Below, in pieces: positions 56,001 through 64,000 of a DNA stretch of 64,000 nucleotides. The position numbers and the translations under genes are program-made. The notes below the pieces were generated by a model. It was not told the DNA's origin. It saw only the letters and a program-made list of their open reading frames with translations, and searched no databases. This DNA is from Macrostomum lignano (lineage: Eukaryota). The stretch spans positions 43,952 through 107,951 of the forward strand of contig NIVC01000965.1 of assembly GCA_002269645.1 (NCBI GenBank), in the 5' to 3' direction. Position 1 is the stretch's first letter, and every line of letters begins with the position of its first letter.

Positions 56001-56826
56001 AAGATTAAATGTCATTATTACCTGGTGCACTTTTCCGATGCTTTCTTGGAAAGAGAATCAAAGCATGAGAAAAGCCTATGATGTTATGAGTGTATAGATT
56101 TGCTGAGCAAGCAATACTTTCAAATCAGATTAGCAGTGCTGCGATCATAATCCCGTCTTGTATATAAATCCAATTCCGCAGACTCCTGAGCACACACAAG
56201 CGCGCCAACACTGTACTCAGGCACGCACTCATGCACACGCTCACACAGGATGTACAGCAGTCATGACTGTCTAATCGTCAGGCATGTACACTCTCTGTGC
56301 CTTGGGGTTGGCTCTCACGGCTGCCTTCAGCACTCTGATTAACCAGTGGGTGGCATATCAGGGCGGTAATCATGGCCACGGCTGCTTCCCTAGGCAGTGA
56401 GGAATGCCCATTCTGCCTCTGTGGCGTTGAGAACACACGGAGCACTTCACTGTGACTGTCTTGCCTTTACTCAGGACAGGTTGATCTGCCTCAACACAAA
56501 CCCAGATCTCTCTGACATTTTCAGGCCCGAGAAGCTGCATCTGGATGCCAAGTACTCAGCACCTATAATCCCATCATTACCTGTTTCTTCTTTTTCCCAC
56601 TGCAAAGAAGATTGGGATCGGATCCCATAGCCAGAAGCTGCTCAACGCAAGCTGGTCGTCCTTTGACAACGGCAATGTAGAGCAGAGTCTGGCCCTCGCC
56701 AGTTGGCCTATTGATAACGCTGGCGCATTGACTGGCGTGAGTCTGGGCGAGAAGTTCCAGGGCTTCCAGGTTGCCATAGTTTACTGCATCGACCAGCTGC
56801 TTGAATAGCTCATCATCGCTATCCAT
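31680..56826 (-). CDS. LRRK: Leucine-rich repeat Roco kinase (LRRK/LRK-1 type: ANK-LRR-Roc-COR-kinase-WD40), 22 exons, about 2648 aa
   Basis: Exons (high to low): 56826-56581, 55978-55769 (donor uncertain by about 2 nt), 54145-54060, 53528-53105, 52601-52191, 51429-50431, 49613-48891, 48389-48212, 47342-46882, 44757-44425, 43125-42904, 41821-41105, 40628-40386, 39513-39278, 38503-38395, 37869-37762, 37680-37403, 36887-36498, 35876-35397, 34705-34298, 32994-32675, 32044-31680; total 7947 nt. Roc: [30 protein letters not shown]: [19 protein letters not shown]. Kinase: [34 protein letters not shown]. The long alphaC-preceding segment resembles invertebrate LRK-1/dLRRK. Confidence 0.92.
32095..32660. 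repeat. 22-bp minisatellite GTTGAGACATCTCACACCCACA (arm of inverted pair 2)
   Basis: Reverse complement of 28500-29310; fills the last LRRK intron. Confidence 0.96.
32675..32994 (-). CDS. LRRK: LRRK exon 21 (WD40-like)
   Basis: tttcag|G GAA CTC TGG ([14 protein letters not shown]); donor G|gtgaaa. Confidence 0.8.
33050..34230. repeat. 22-bp minisatellite GGGAGACACAGGGAAGCAACAG
   Basis: LRRK intron. Confidence 0.95.
34298..34705 (-). CDS. LRRK: LRRK exon 20 (WD40-like)
   Basis: [15 protein letters not shown]; tandem CAG TAG acceptor. Confidence 0.8.
34770..35355. repeat. 18-bp minisatellite CCCTCCCCACTCCTGCCA (G-rich on the LRRK sense strand)
   Basis: LRRK intron. Confidence 0.95.
35397..35876 (-). 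CDS. LRRK: LRRK exon 19 (kinase C-lobe)
   Basis: [12 protein letters not shown]...[14 protein letters not shown]...CW....RLRPSA. Confidence 0.92.
35934..36302 (-). mobile_element. tRNA-derived SINE (family A, copy 2)
   Basis: Reverse complement aligns along its length with 12331-12745 (e.g. CAGTCCTTGGACTGAACAGCCGTACGCAGCCTTCAGATGCGCCGCGCAATAGCTGCG identical). Confidence 0.85.
36307..36404 (-). repeat. Dispersed hairpin element B, copy 2
   Basis: Internally deleted copy that directly abuts SINE A copy 2. Confidence 0.7.
36498..36887 (-). CDS. LRRK: LRRK exon 18 (catalytic loop, DYG)
   Basis: [14 protein letters not shown]...LADYGISR. Confidence 0.92.
36945..37385. repeat. 30-bp minisatellite CTGTGTCAGCTACAGACAGCCTGTTGTAAA
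   Basis: LRRK intron. Confidence 0.95.
37403..37680 (-). CDS. LRRK: LRRK exon 17 (kinase N-lobe)
   Basis: YAAVKLL...[15 protein letters not shown]...[10 protein letters not shown]. Confidence 0.9.
37762..37869 (-). CDS. LRRK: LRRK exon 16 (kinase Gly loop)
   Basis: MFQDL...[10 protein letters not shown]. Confidence 0.88.
37980..38340. repeat. Higher-order GATGTACATTGG-based repeat
   Basis: LRRK intron. Confidence 0.88.
38395..38503 (-). CDS. LRRK: LRRK exon 15
   Basis: acag|T GAC...CPVH..EFNAPDL|gtgagt; phases 2 to 0 fit. Confidence 0.8.
38680..39120. repeat. About 26-bp repeat AAGCTCATAAGAACATCAGAGGTCAT
   Basis: LRRK intron. Confidence 0.9.
39278..39513 (-). CDS. LRRK: LRRK exon 14 (COR-B)
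   Basis: [16 protein letters not shown]...LCPCQLC. Confidence 0.9.
39625..40270. repeat. About 29-31-bp repeat GATAACTGACCCTAAATCTCACCTGAGTT
   Basis: LRRK intron; carries CAG|GTGAGA on the sense strand. Confidence 0.93.
40386..40628 (-). CDS. LRRK: LRRK exon 13 (COR-B)
   Basis: ccctcag|GTT CAG...AAC AAG|gttcgc; 81 codons, open, phase 0/0. Confidence 0.78.
40690..41050. repeat. Degenerate 21-bp repeat GTGGTTGCTAGGCGGGTTATA
   Basis: LRRK intron. Confidence 0.85.
41105..41821 (-). CDS. LRRK: LRRK exon 12 (COR, with low-complexity insertion)
   Basis: LLIPSLLP...[16 protein letters not shown]...WQTGV. Confidence 0.9.
41950..42778. repeat. 12-bp repeat GAGAGGGAGACG
   Basis: LRRK intron. Confidence 0.96.
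42904..43125 (-). CDS. LRRK: LRRK exon 11 (COR-A)
   Basis: [20 protein letters not shown]...LLGKFELAL. Confidence 0.9.
43154..43408 (-). mobile_element. Element B copy 3 preceded by a tRNA-like head (candidate full SINE B)
   Basis: Minus-strand head 43408-43336: GGGGCTGTATCTCAGTGG (A box)...GGCTCGATTCCC (B box); B body at 43284-43154. Confidence 0.65.
43640..44020. repeat. About 48-62-bp repeat rich in TCCGGA/AATT palindromes
   Basis: CACTGAAATCCGGATCAAAATTCCGGACCAAAATTCCGGAACCCAGAT. Confidence 0.92.
44425..44757 (-). CDS. LRRK: LRRK exon 10 (Roc end/COR)
   Basis: IHVSCV...[15 protein letters not shown]. Confidence 0.9.
44815..45310. repeat. TCTATCTTTAGTCTAT-based repeat
   Basis: LRRK intron. 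Confidence 0.88.
45960..46775. repeat. GGGGAATCACAGTG-based repeat
   Basis: LRRK intron. Confidence 0.92.
46882..47342 (-). CDS. LRRK: LRRK exon 9 (Roc G2-G4)
   Basis: [31 protein letters not shown]. Confidence 0.93.
47385..48080. repeat. 30-bp minisatellite GAGTACCAGGTATGGCTATTAGATATATGT
   Basis: LRRK intron. Confidence 0.96.
48212..48389 (-). CDS. LRRK: LRRK exon 8 (Roc P-loop)
   Basis: [20 protein letters not shown]; the frame is not in the ORF track. Confidence 0.9.
48405..48845. repeat. 30-bp minisatellite GGAGTGACAGTGCTCAGACTATCAGTAACT
   Basis: Fills an LRRK intron. Confidence 0.96.
48891..49613 (-). CDS. LRRK: LRRK exon 7 (LRRs)
   Basis: LRR consensus; donor CAG|gtaggt. Confidence 0.9.
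49845..50400. repeat. GGAATGTGAA-based repeat
   Basis: LRRK intron. Confidence 0.9.
50431..51429 (-). CDS. LRRK: LRRK exon 6 (LRRs)
   Basis: LxxLxLxxNxL repeats; donor AAG|gtgaga. Confidence 0.9.
51495..52135. repeat. 21-22-bp minisatellite GATTCTCATGGATTAGAGAAGC
   Basis: Fills an LRRK intron. Confidence 0.95.
52191..52601 (-). CDS. LRRK: LRRK exon 5 (ankyrin)
   Basis: cag|GTC TCT...GAC CAG|gtgagc; [10 protein letters not shown]. Confidence 0.82.
53105..53528 (-). CDS. LRRK: LRRK exon 4 (ankyrins)
   Basis: [32 protein letters not shown]. Confidence 0.9.
53540..53980. repeat. 34-bp minisatellite GTGTACAATTGGGGTAAGGCTGGTTGTGGCCACA
   Basis: Starts about 10 nt from the acceptor. Confidence 0.93.
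54060..54145 (-). CDS. LRRK: LRRK exon 3
   Basis: cag|GCT ATT...TAT AG|gtaagt; joins the next exon to give SLLYRACEHG. Confidence 0.75.
54395..55680. repeat. 36-bp minisatellite GCCAAGGCTCATGAGGTCATTAAGTACAGCTCAGAT
   Basis: LRRK intron. Confidence 0.95.
55769..55978 (-). CDS. LRRK: LRRK exon 2 (ankyrin)
   Basis: tag|[10 protein letters not shown]; the donor (GGT|gtgtat) is weak and was chosen by phase. Confidence 0.7.
56170..56305 (-). repeat. Dispersed hairpin element B, copy 4 (most complete body)
   Basis: Aligns to copies 1-3. Confidence 0.75.
56581..56826 (-). CDS. LRRK: LRRK exon 1 (ankyrin)
   Basis: ccag|ATG GAT AGC; [12 protein letters not shown]; donor CAG|gtaatg. Confidence 0.8.
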
Positions 56827-57219
56827 CTGGATATGGAAAAAAGCAACTTAAGTTATCCTAACTTGATACCTAATTCTAATTTAAGTATTTAATATACAAG
56901 CATACTTCAGGTTTATTCAGGTTAAAATAATTTGTAAACAATTTTAAAAGATATTAAAGATAAAAAATTGATGGCATATATTTAAAGAATAATAAATAAA
57001 CTCATTGGTCAATAATAAAAAGCAGGGACCATATTGATATACAAGAGATCAAGATAATAAAGCATAGTCGCAGCTTAAAACTACATAAAGGTTTTATATT
57101 CTGCAAAGATTTTGATTTAGCAAAATAGCTAAACAATAAGGTAATAAAACGATGTTATATATAACTAAAGAGATTATACATAAGCTGTATACTAGTATAA
57201 CCAATATACATATACTTAG

Positions 57220-57488
57220 CAACATTGAAAAGTTGCCACCCTTTGCCCTAGTGAGCAGTGTCTTTTGACTAGTGTCTATCACTAGGCCAACCATTTTGAT
57301 ATTAATGCTTAAAAAAGCAATGAAAATGAAGTGAAAGCTTCAATCCATCTACTCTTTGTCCTCTGCTCTTCCTAATCTTCCTCACTCAGCCTAACTCTGC
57401 ATTGCATGGTGCAAGTTGCATCATTCCAAAGTCAACACTGAGCTAGAATTGACTACACACTTTCAAAGGTGGCAACTTTTTAATGTTG
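57220..57488. mobile_element. MITE-like element with about 25-bp terminal inverted repeats
   Basis: CAACATTGAAAAGTTGCCACCCTTTG (57220-57245) vs CAAAGGTGGCAACTTTTTAATGTTG (57464-57488); no coding capacity. Confidence 0.5.
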
Positions 57489-57799
57489 TTGAATATAAGC
57501 AAGCTTATTTGACTGGCATTGGGATTGACAATTGTTTTGTCTATCACTCTTTTGTTTACAAAAATATAATATAGCTAGTCATTTTGTCTGCTATAAAATA
57601 ATAAATATGACATCAATGCATGAGTTTAGAATAAATATTGATAAGGTAACAAATTCATTTTTAGTAACAGTGACAACTGAGAACTAACTTATATTAGAAG
57701 TATGAGTAATGAATATATCAAAAAATAATAATTTGCATGTGTCTTATTAGGTACAAATTTTGTTAACATTTTTGATAACCAATAAATAAATCATCTCTA

Positions 57800-58900
57800 G
57801 GATACTTTTGCTGTTTTTGACAATAAAAAAGACCACGACGAGTTTCTTACTATTATCAACTCCACCATCTGAACATTAAGTTCACCATTGAGGGCGGAGG
57901 GAAGAATCTCCCATTTCTTGATACCGAGGTTGACTGTTCTGGACACCGTCCTCTTGTGAAAGTTTACCGTAAACCAACGTTTACTGGGCTGATGTTAAGT
58001 TTTCATGCTTTATGTCCGACTCACTGGAAATCCGGGTTAGTTAGGTGCCTTCTTCACAGAGCCTACGAGGTGAGCAGTTCTTGGAGTTCATTTCACCTAA
58101 AATCCTTAGATCTAATGGATACCCTCTCAGTTTTGTCAGCCGTATTATCAATGCGTTGCCACTAAGAAAGTTTCTAGCGATGCGAGACCCAGGCAACCGG
58201 AGATAGATTCTTGGGATGCTCTGTTGGTTCTCCCATTTTTTGGCAATGCTTCGCTTGACTTCAGGAAAAAACTTAAGAAAATGTTTAGCAAATGGCTTAA
58301 GTGCACCGTTAGGATTGTGTTTCGCACCGAAAAGATTGGTCGCTATGCTAGCAGGCTCAAGTCAGCTGTTCCACTTGCTCTAAGGGCTGGTGTTGTTTAC
58401 CAATTTTGCTGCTCTGAGGATCAGAGCATTTCCTAAATTGGAAAAATGAAGTGACACCTGCACACTAGAGCTAGGGAACATTGGCTAAAAAGCTCTGCGA
58501 TTAATGACCATCTGCTTGTTTGTAAAAAATGCTGTGACGGTAAACCGATTCAGCTCTTTAAAGTGCTGGATGGGTACAAATTTGACCATAAGCTTAAGAT
58601 TATTGAAGCTTTGTATATCAGAATGCACAAACCCAACCTGAATGTGCAGTTTGCTGGCAATGGGGTGGAGCATGAGCTAAGAGTATTGTGAGCAGAGCCG
58701 TGCCTATTTTTTTATTATTTTTTTCTCTCTCACGTTGTTATGTACTTGGCACTTTCTAAATTCTACCGGACTGTTTTGACCCGCCTCTGGACTGTACAGT
58801 GATTTTTGCTTAAATATATTGGTGGTGTGATCTTAGGTTGATTGAATTTGCCCTGACGATGTCTTGTGTTTGACGAAACACGTTGGCTAGAATTAAACAA
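57800..58900 (+). mobile_element. Penelope-like retroelement 1, 5'-truncated, frameshifted (RT C-terminus plus GIY-YIG endonuclease, 3' region with hammerhead)
   Basis: DTFAVF..KKDHDEFL...IKFTIE..KNLPFLD..VYRKPTFTG (RT end); WKSGLVRCLLHRAYE; VVYQFCC...IGK.K.HL..RA.EH; KLKIIEALYI....P.LN.Q; contains stops and frameshifts. Confidence 0.88.
58850..58887 (+). ncRNA. Minimal type I hammerhead ribozyme
   Basis: GCC CUGACGA U GUC uuguguuu GAC GAAA CAC GUU^GGC: complete core, stem I GCC/GGC, stem II GUC/GAC, loopless stem III; lies downstream of the PLE ORF. Confidence 0.8.
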
Positions 58901-61099
58901 AGTTTACTTTTTATGTTTTTGTTGACGTTTATTTTCCTACTATTTGTTAGACGAGCTACACTTCCATAAAGAAATATAGCCATCTATTAAAATATACTAT
59001 TCAAAGGATGATTAAAATTATTTTTTTATAAAACTTTTAAATATTATATACTAGGATATAAATAATACCAACAAAAATGATTTCTCAATATATTTTTTTA
59101 TGATTTGCAATATATCATAATGAAAAATGAGCTTTATACTAATATGTAACTAGTTTTATATCATATTTTTAAAGTCATTTTCTCTGCCAACAGATGAAAT
59201 AAACATGCAGTAGAAATGGGATAAGACTATTGGATAATATTGGCTATCTATATTATGACATAATTTCAATGTCTTTCTATAATGTAAGAGATTATGTGAA
59301 ATATACAAAAAACTTTTGTTTTAGGCCTAGCATAAATTTGGTTTGGTAATAGTCAGCTGGCTTTATACCTAGAATGATATTATTTTAGTTTTGGATGGTC
59401 AATAAAAACAATAGGCAAGGTAAGGCTTGTAATTTAAAATCAAATCTAAATAAAATATAAATTACATAATAACTATCCTAGGCCTAGGGGTGGCAGAGCC
59501 TAATATTTTAGGGGGGACACCAGGCAAGGGCAAGGGGGCACAGTTACCTTTATAAGCTGCTAATTAGGGTCTAAAATCAGAAAAACACAAAAAATTACCG
59601 CATGGACTCATTTTCTAGGGGGGGGGGGGGGGGGGCACATGCACCCGGTGCCACAACTCAAGCTCCCGCAGCTGACACCCATGATCCCAGCATCCATAAA
59701 CTATGTGAGTAAAAGTAAAGAAAATGATATATAGCTAATGCTTATAATAGCATCAAAATCTAGTCATTTTTCATTATAAAAAGCTAATTATAGATTACCT
59801 TGTTATTTGTGTTTTAAGTTGTTGTTTTGAATTTAAAAAATTAAACTGAATTGGATGGAATAAAGCCAATGAAAATATCGATGAAATCTGAAAAAATCTG
59901 AATAGACTAGTGGCGATACAAATCGAAACAGGAAAACATGTTTCAATTACATATACCGGTACACTTGGTCAGGCCCAGGGCGTAGGCGTCTTAAAAATGT
60001 GACTTTATCTTAAGACATCCACCGAGGATCAGTTTCACCTGCTTTGAAAATTCGATTTTTTTAATTTTAGAGCTCAGAAATGAAATAACACCTATGTTTT
60101 CCATAAACATCGGCAATATAACATGAAAAACTCCGATGTCTATCGAGCCGTAACATGTTACCGTGTTATAGAATACGGGTATAATTCCGTTTTCTATGAA
60201 AGAATTTAAAATGCGCGCAGCCAGCCGTGTCCCACTCGTGAGGCCATTCTATCCTCGGAAAACACGGCCTTGCAGCCCAGTAATGAATGCAGCGGTGTAG
60301 CGCTGCATGTATTTCTGGCTTTATTTTACGTTGTATTTAATACATTTGCGCACGTATGCACCAGCCGGTTCTATAAGCCACGGGTGATATTGGTAAACAA
60401 GTGTACTATTCAAATTGCATTTTAGCTAGCTAAATTAAAATAAGCCTGCCTAAACATAAAATTTTACCACTTGCCAATTAGTTAGGCTTACACTTTACAG
60501 ATTTATTTATTGCTCTTTAGACTTTGGAATCATTTAAAATTTACATAACTATCCAATTTTTTGTTTAGCCTAGGCAAAATGCATATTTAATAAGCTTTCT
60601 AGGCTTCTAAAATCTAATAGCCTTCTATTTCAAATCATTGATTATTTTCTACTATTGACTAGTAGGTCTAAGTCTAAAATATTTTCTTTTCTTTTGTGTT
60701 ATAAAGCCTTTATGCTATATTAGAATATGTTTTTTTAATGATAATAAGAATCTTTTTCTTTGGATCTAAAATTCATTTGGTTCTTCTTTAATTTAAGTAG
60801 CTTAGGCCTATCTATTTATAAGACCTAAGCCTAGCCTATGTTTATAATGTTTTATATTAAAATGTTTTAATAATATTGTTTTATGGGAATCAAAAGTAGG
60901 AATATAACTATATAAGATAAAGCATGCCTAGAATAAAAACCTTTTTGAAATAATTAGCCATAGTCTAATCAACTATAGACTAACTAATAACTATTCATTG
61001 TCACTATATAAAGTGATGATATCCTTCTAGTTGTGATCTTTTCTTTCCCTCTAATGCTAGGCCTTACCTTTTTCTTTCTAGCCCATATTCTAAAAGAAA

Positions 61100-61158
61100 G
61101 GAGATTGCGAGCATTTTCATTAGAACGACATGTTTCGCCTAACTTTAGGCATCATCGG

Positions 61159-61213
<55 letters not shown>

Positions 61214-61970
61214 CCGGGTAGTGGGTGTACATTTAGAACACTCTCAGGAGAGCACCGGCCCCGGAATAACCCAACTGTTTATTTAAAGTTGGTTGCCAGT
61301 TTTTAATGTACATAGCTTCAATAATCTTAAGGCGATGATCGATATTGCAACTGTGTATGATAGTAAACCTATCCTTTTGTTCACTGTTGGCGCATTCACT
61401 ACAGGCCATAAGATGGTCTTGCACTGCTGATGGCTTTAACCAGTGTTCTCTGCCCCTAACATACAAGTGCCGTTTCGATTTACCTAGGTAGGTAACTCTC
61501 TGATCAACAGAGCACTGGAATTGGTAGACGACACCTGCACGTAGTTGCAGAGGCACACGGCTTTTGAGCTTAGAGACATACTGGCCAACTTTATCGCAAT
61601 AAAAGGTGATTCTTAGATTATCATTAGAAAACTGCTTAAAGCACCGGAGGAGCGCTTTCTTAAAACTGATCGAAGCCTCGCCATAGTAGGGGATAGAAAG
61701 GTGCCTATATTTGGTCTGAAACTGATCTTGCTGTTGTTCATTCACATTGGATTTTTGCAAATGTAATTTTTGGTTGAGAAACTTTTTAAGATGGTAGCTA
61801 AGCAGAGATTCTGGGTAATCATTCATACGGAAATATTTAGTGAGATTAGTCATTTCTTCATGGAAATTCTTCCAGCTGTTAGAAATTTCAAAAGCCCGGT
61901 GGAGCATGCAGCGAACCAGGCCGATTTTCCACTGTTTCGGGCAGATCGAATTAAAGATAAAGCCCATATT
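61100..61970 (-). mobile_element. Penelope-like retroelement 2, 5'-truncated (linker plus GIY-YIG, open ORF)
   Basis: ORF 62042-61233: WKIGLVRCMLHRAFEIS...NDYP...GVVYQFQC...YLGKSKRHLYVRGREH...SAVQDHL..C..C...IIEAMYIK..QPTLNKQ; same family as element 1. Confidence 0.9.
61124..61161 (-). ncRNA. Degenerate minimal hammerhead ribozyme (U4C)
   Basis: CGC CCGAUGA U GCCUA aagu UAGGC GAAA CAUGUC^GUU; palindromic ACAUGU stem III; core U4 changed to C; stem I weak. Confidence 0.6.
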
Positions 61971-61979
61971 CTGTTCTCT

Positions 61980-63090
61980 AAAGCCCCACCTTATTTTCCC
62001 TTCAGTGTTACCCTCCTCTCCAGTCCCACAATGTTTTCCCATTAAATTCTTATCCTTTTTTCATAATCTCACCCTCGTACCCTCTAGCCCCACCTTCTTA
62101 GCCTTTAGTTCCACTATCCTACCCTCCAGCCCTACCCTCCTTCCCTCTAGCCCCACCCTCCCCTCCAGCTTCCACCCTCTCTCCTCTAGACCCATCCTTC
62201 TCTCCAGCCCCACCCTTCCCTCTAGCCCCACCCCTTCCCTCTAGCCCCACCCTTCGCCTCCAGCCCACACCCCTTTCCTCTAGCCCTAACCCTCCCTCCA
62301 GCTTCCACCCTCTTCTCCCCTCCAGCCCAACCCTCCTACCCTCTAGCCCCACCCTCCTTCCCTCTAGCCCTACCCTCCTTCCCTCCAGCCCACCCTCCTA
62401 CCCTCCAGCCCCGCCCTCCCTTCCAGCTTCCACCCTCTTCTCCCTCCAGCCCCACCCTCCTACCTCCAGCGCCACCCTACTACCCTCTAGCCCCACCCTC
62501 CCAGTTTCCAACCTCTTCTCCCCTCCAGCCACCCTCCTCCCCTCCAGCCTCACCCTCCTCCCCTCCAGCCTCACCCTACCCTCTAGCCCCACCTTCCTAG
62601 CCTCTAGTTCCACTATCCTACCTTCCAGCCCCACCCTCCTTCCCTCTAGCCCCACCCTCCTTCCCTGCAGCCTCACCCTCTTCTCTCCGCTAGCCTCATC
62701 CTCCTCTCTAGCCCTCACCCTTTCTCCTCTCTAACATCACCTTTTCTCCTCCAACCTCGTCCTCCTACCCTCTAGCCTCTACTCTCTTCTTTCCTTCAAT
62801 ACCCCCTCGTCCCCTCTAGCCCTACTATGTCCTCCAGTTGAATCCTCACCCTTTTTCTCCCCAAAAACCTACCCTCTCCTTTCTTCCAGCCCCTATCCTT
62901 CTCTCCAGGACCTACCCTTGTTCTCTTTCAGCCTCGCTCTCATGTCCCTCCAGCCCCACCCCTTCTTCCCCCAGCCCCACTCTCTCCTCTTCAGCCCATC
63001 CTCTCCTCCCCTCCAGCCTCACCCTCTCCTACCCAAGCCTCAACCTCTTCGCCCCTCCAGCCCCACCCTATTTTCCTATTCAGCCTCACC
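61980..63090. repeat. C-rich degenerate repeat (CTCTAGCCCCACCCTCCTTCC)
   Basis: Lies between PLE 2 and the LINE fragment. Confidence 0.88.
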
Positions 63091-63169
63091 CTTTCTCGTA
63101 GCTCTGCTAATAAAATTTAATTATCCTTTTCAGAAGTGAAAAATAATATTTCTATTTTCTCTCTTCAGA

Positions 63170-64000
63170 ATGTCCTCGCACCGGTCTGAGGTCATACCAC
63201 GTGCCGGAGCGACTGGTCGCAGCAACCATAACTCTCTTCTAGAGACCCTGGCCGGCCGTGGTGACACCTGACGGACTATCCGACCTGTTCAACACGACCT
63301 CAGGGATGCTGCAAGGCGACACGCTTGCGTCCAACCGTTTCGTTTGGTGCTCGATGGGGTGCTACGTAGGGCCCTGCCAACAGATGAGGACAGCTTCCTA
63401 CTGTGCCGGCAAACAAGCTGCCGCCAATCGGAGAAGCGGCTGTCACTCATGGGTTACGCGACGACCTGGCGCTGCCGCCTCTACGGCTGAGGAGGCTCAG
63501 CGCATGCTAGACAGCCTGGTTGGTGGCAGCTGCGGCATCGGTCGGGCTAGCGCGGTGAACATCGAGAAGACGGAGGTGATGACTGTACCTGCGGAGCTGC
63601 CTATCAAAATCATCTGCTGGGACACCCGACGGTCATGCAGCAGTTCTACCTCGCTGCGCGTGCTTCACGTACCCCGGCGATCTTGTGCCCCAGTGTCCAG
63701 GAGGACTTGGCGCGACGCAGGGGCCTGGCCTGGCGGCCTTCCGCTCCATCCGAGTCGTCTGCAGAACGCCGCGCTGCCAGACTGCTGCGATCACCTAGCG
63801 AGACCTCCGCAGGCGAAGACATCAGCTGGCGGGCCACACCATCCACGCGGAGGCCTACTGTTCTCAACCAGTGCAAGACGTCCTGCTGCTCACGAGCAGG
63901 GCCCCTGGCACCGGGCTACGGCCGGGCGAGTCGCGTCGCGATTGCCTGTTGGATGGCGCTAAGGTGATTGGCCAGGCGCACGCTGTTGCCGGCCTTTAGA
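63170..64000 (+). mobile_element. Decayed non-LTR retrotransposon RT fragment (RTE/CR1-like), continues beyond the window
   Basis: VTPDGLSD.F.TTSGMLQGDTLA; GYA(D)DLAL across a frameshift; VNIEKTEVM; EDLARRRGLAW; multiple frameshifts. Confidence 0.82.

Noticed and set aside
59484-59683. Possible hAT-like MITE (TAGGGGTGGCAG ... CTGACACCCATG with G-runs)
   Set aside because: The inverted repeats are short and mismatched with no clear TSD; cannot be supported without a genome search.

Overview
Eukaryotic (animal) genomic window with GC-rich exons and introns that are almost all filled by minisatellites. A Macrostomum-like flatworm is my guess from composition only. I assembled three spliced genes by hand, with consistent splice phases: (1) the 3' part of an NWD1/NWD2-like NACHT-WD40 gene (+, 7 exons, 1255-15818), with degenerate Walker A/B motifs and a C-terminal CaaX box (CSVM); (2) an orexin/allatotropin-receptor-like class A GPCR (+, 5 exons, 17996-26109, about 500 aa); (3) an LRRK/LRK-1-type Roco kinase (-, 22 exons, 56826-31680, about 2648 aa; ANK-LRR-Roc-COR-kinase-WD40). 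Mobile DNA includes two 5'-truncated Penelope-like elements (RT end plus GIY-YIG), each followed by a minimal hammerhead ribozyme motif, a decayed non-LTR RT, two copies of a tRNA/CORE-type SINE with an unusual shared 5' leader, and a four-copy intronic hairpin element. The most notable structures are the hammerheads, two pairs of inverted minisatellite arrays that bracket host exons, and the sense-oriented hairpin element showing a compensatory base change. Most long repetitive ORFs in the supplied track are artefacts of tandem repeats. Exon models and RNA folds were derived by eye, with no database search.
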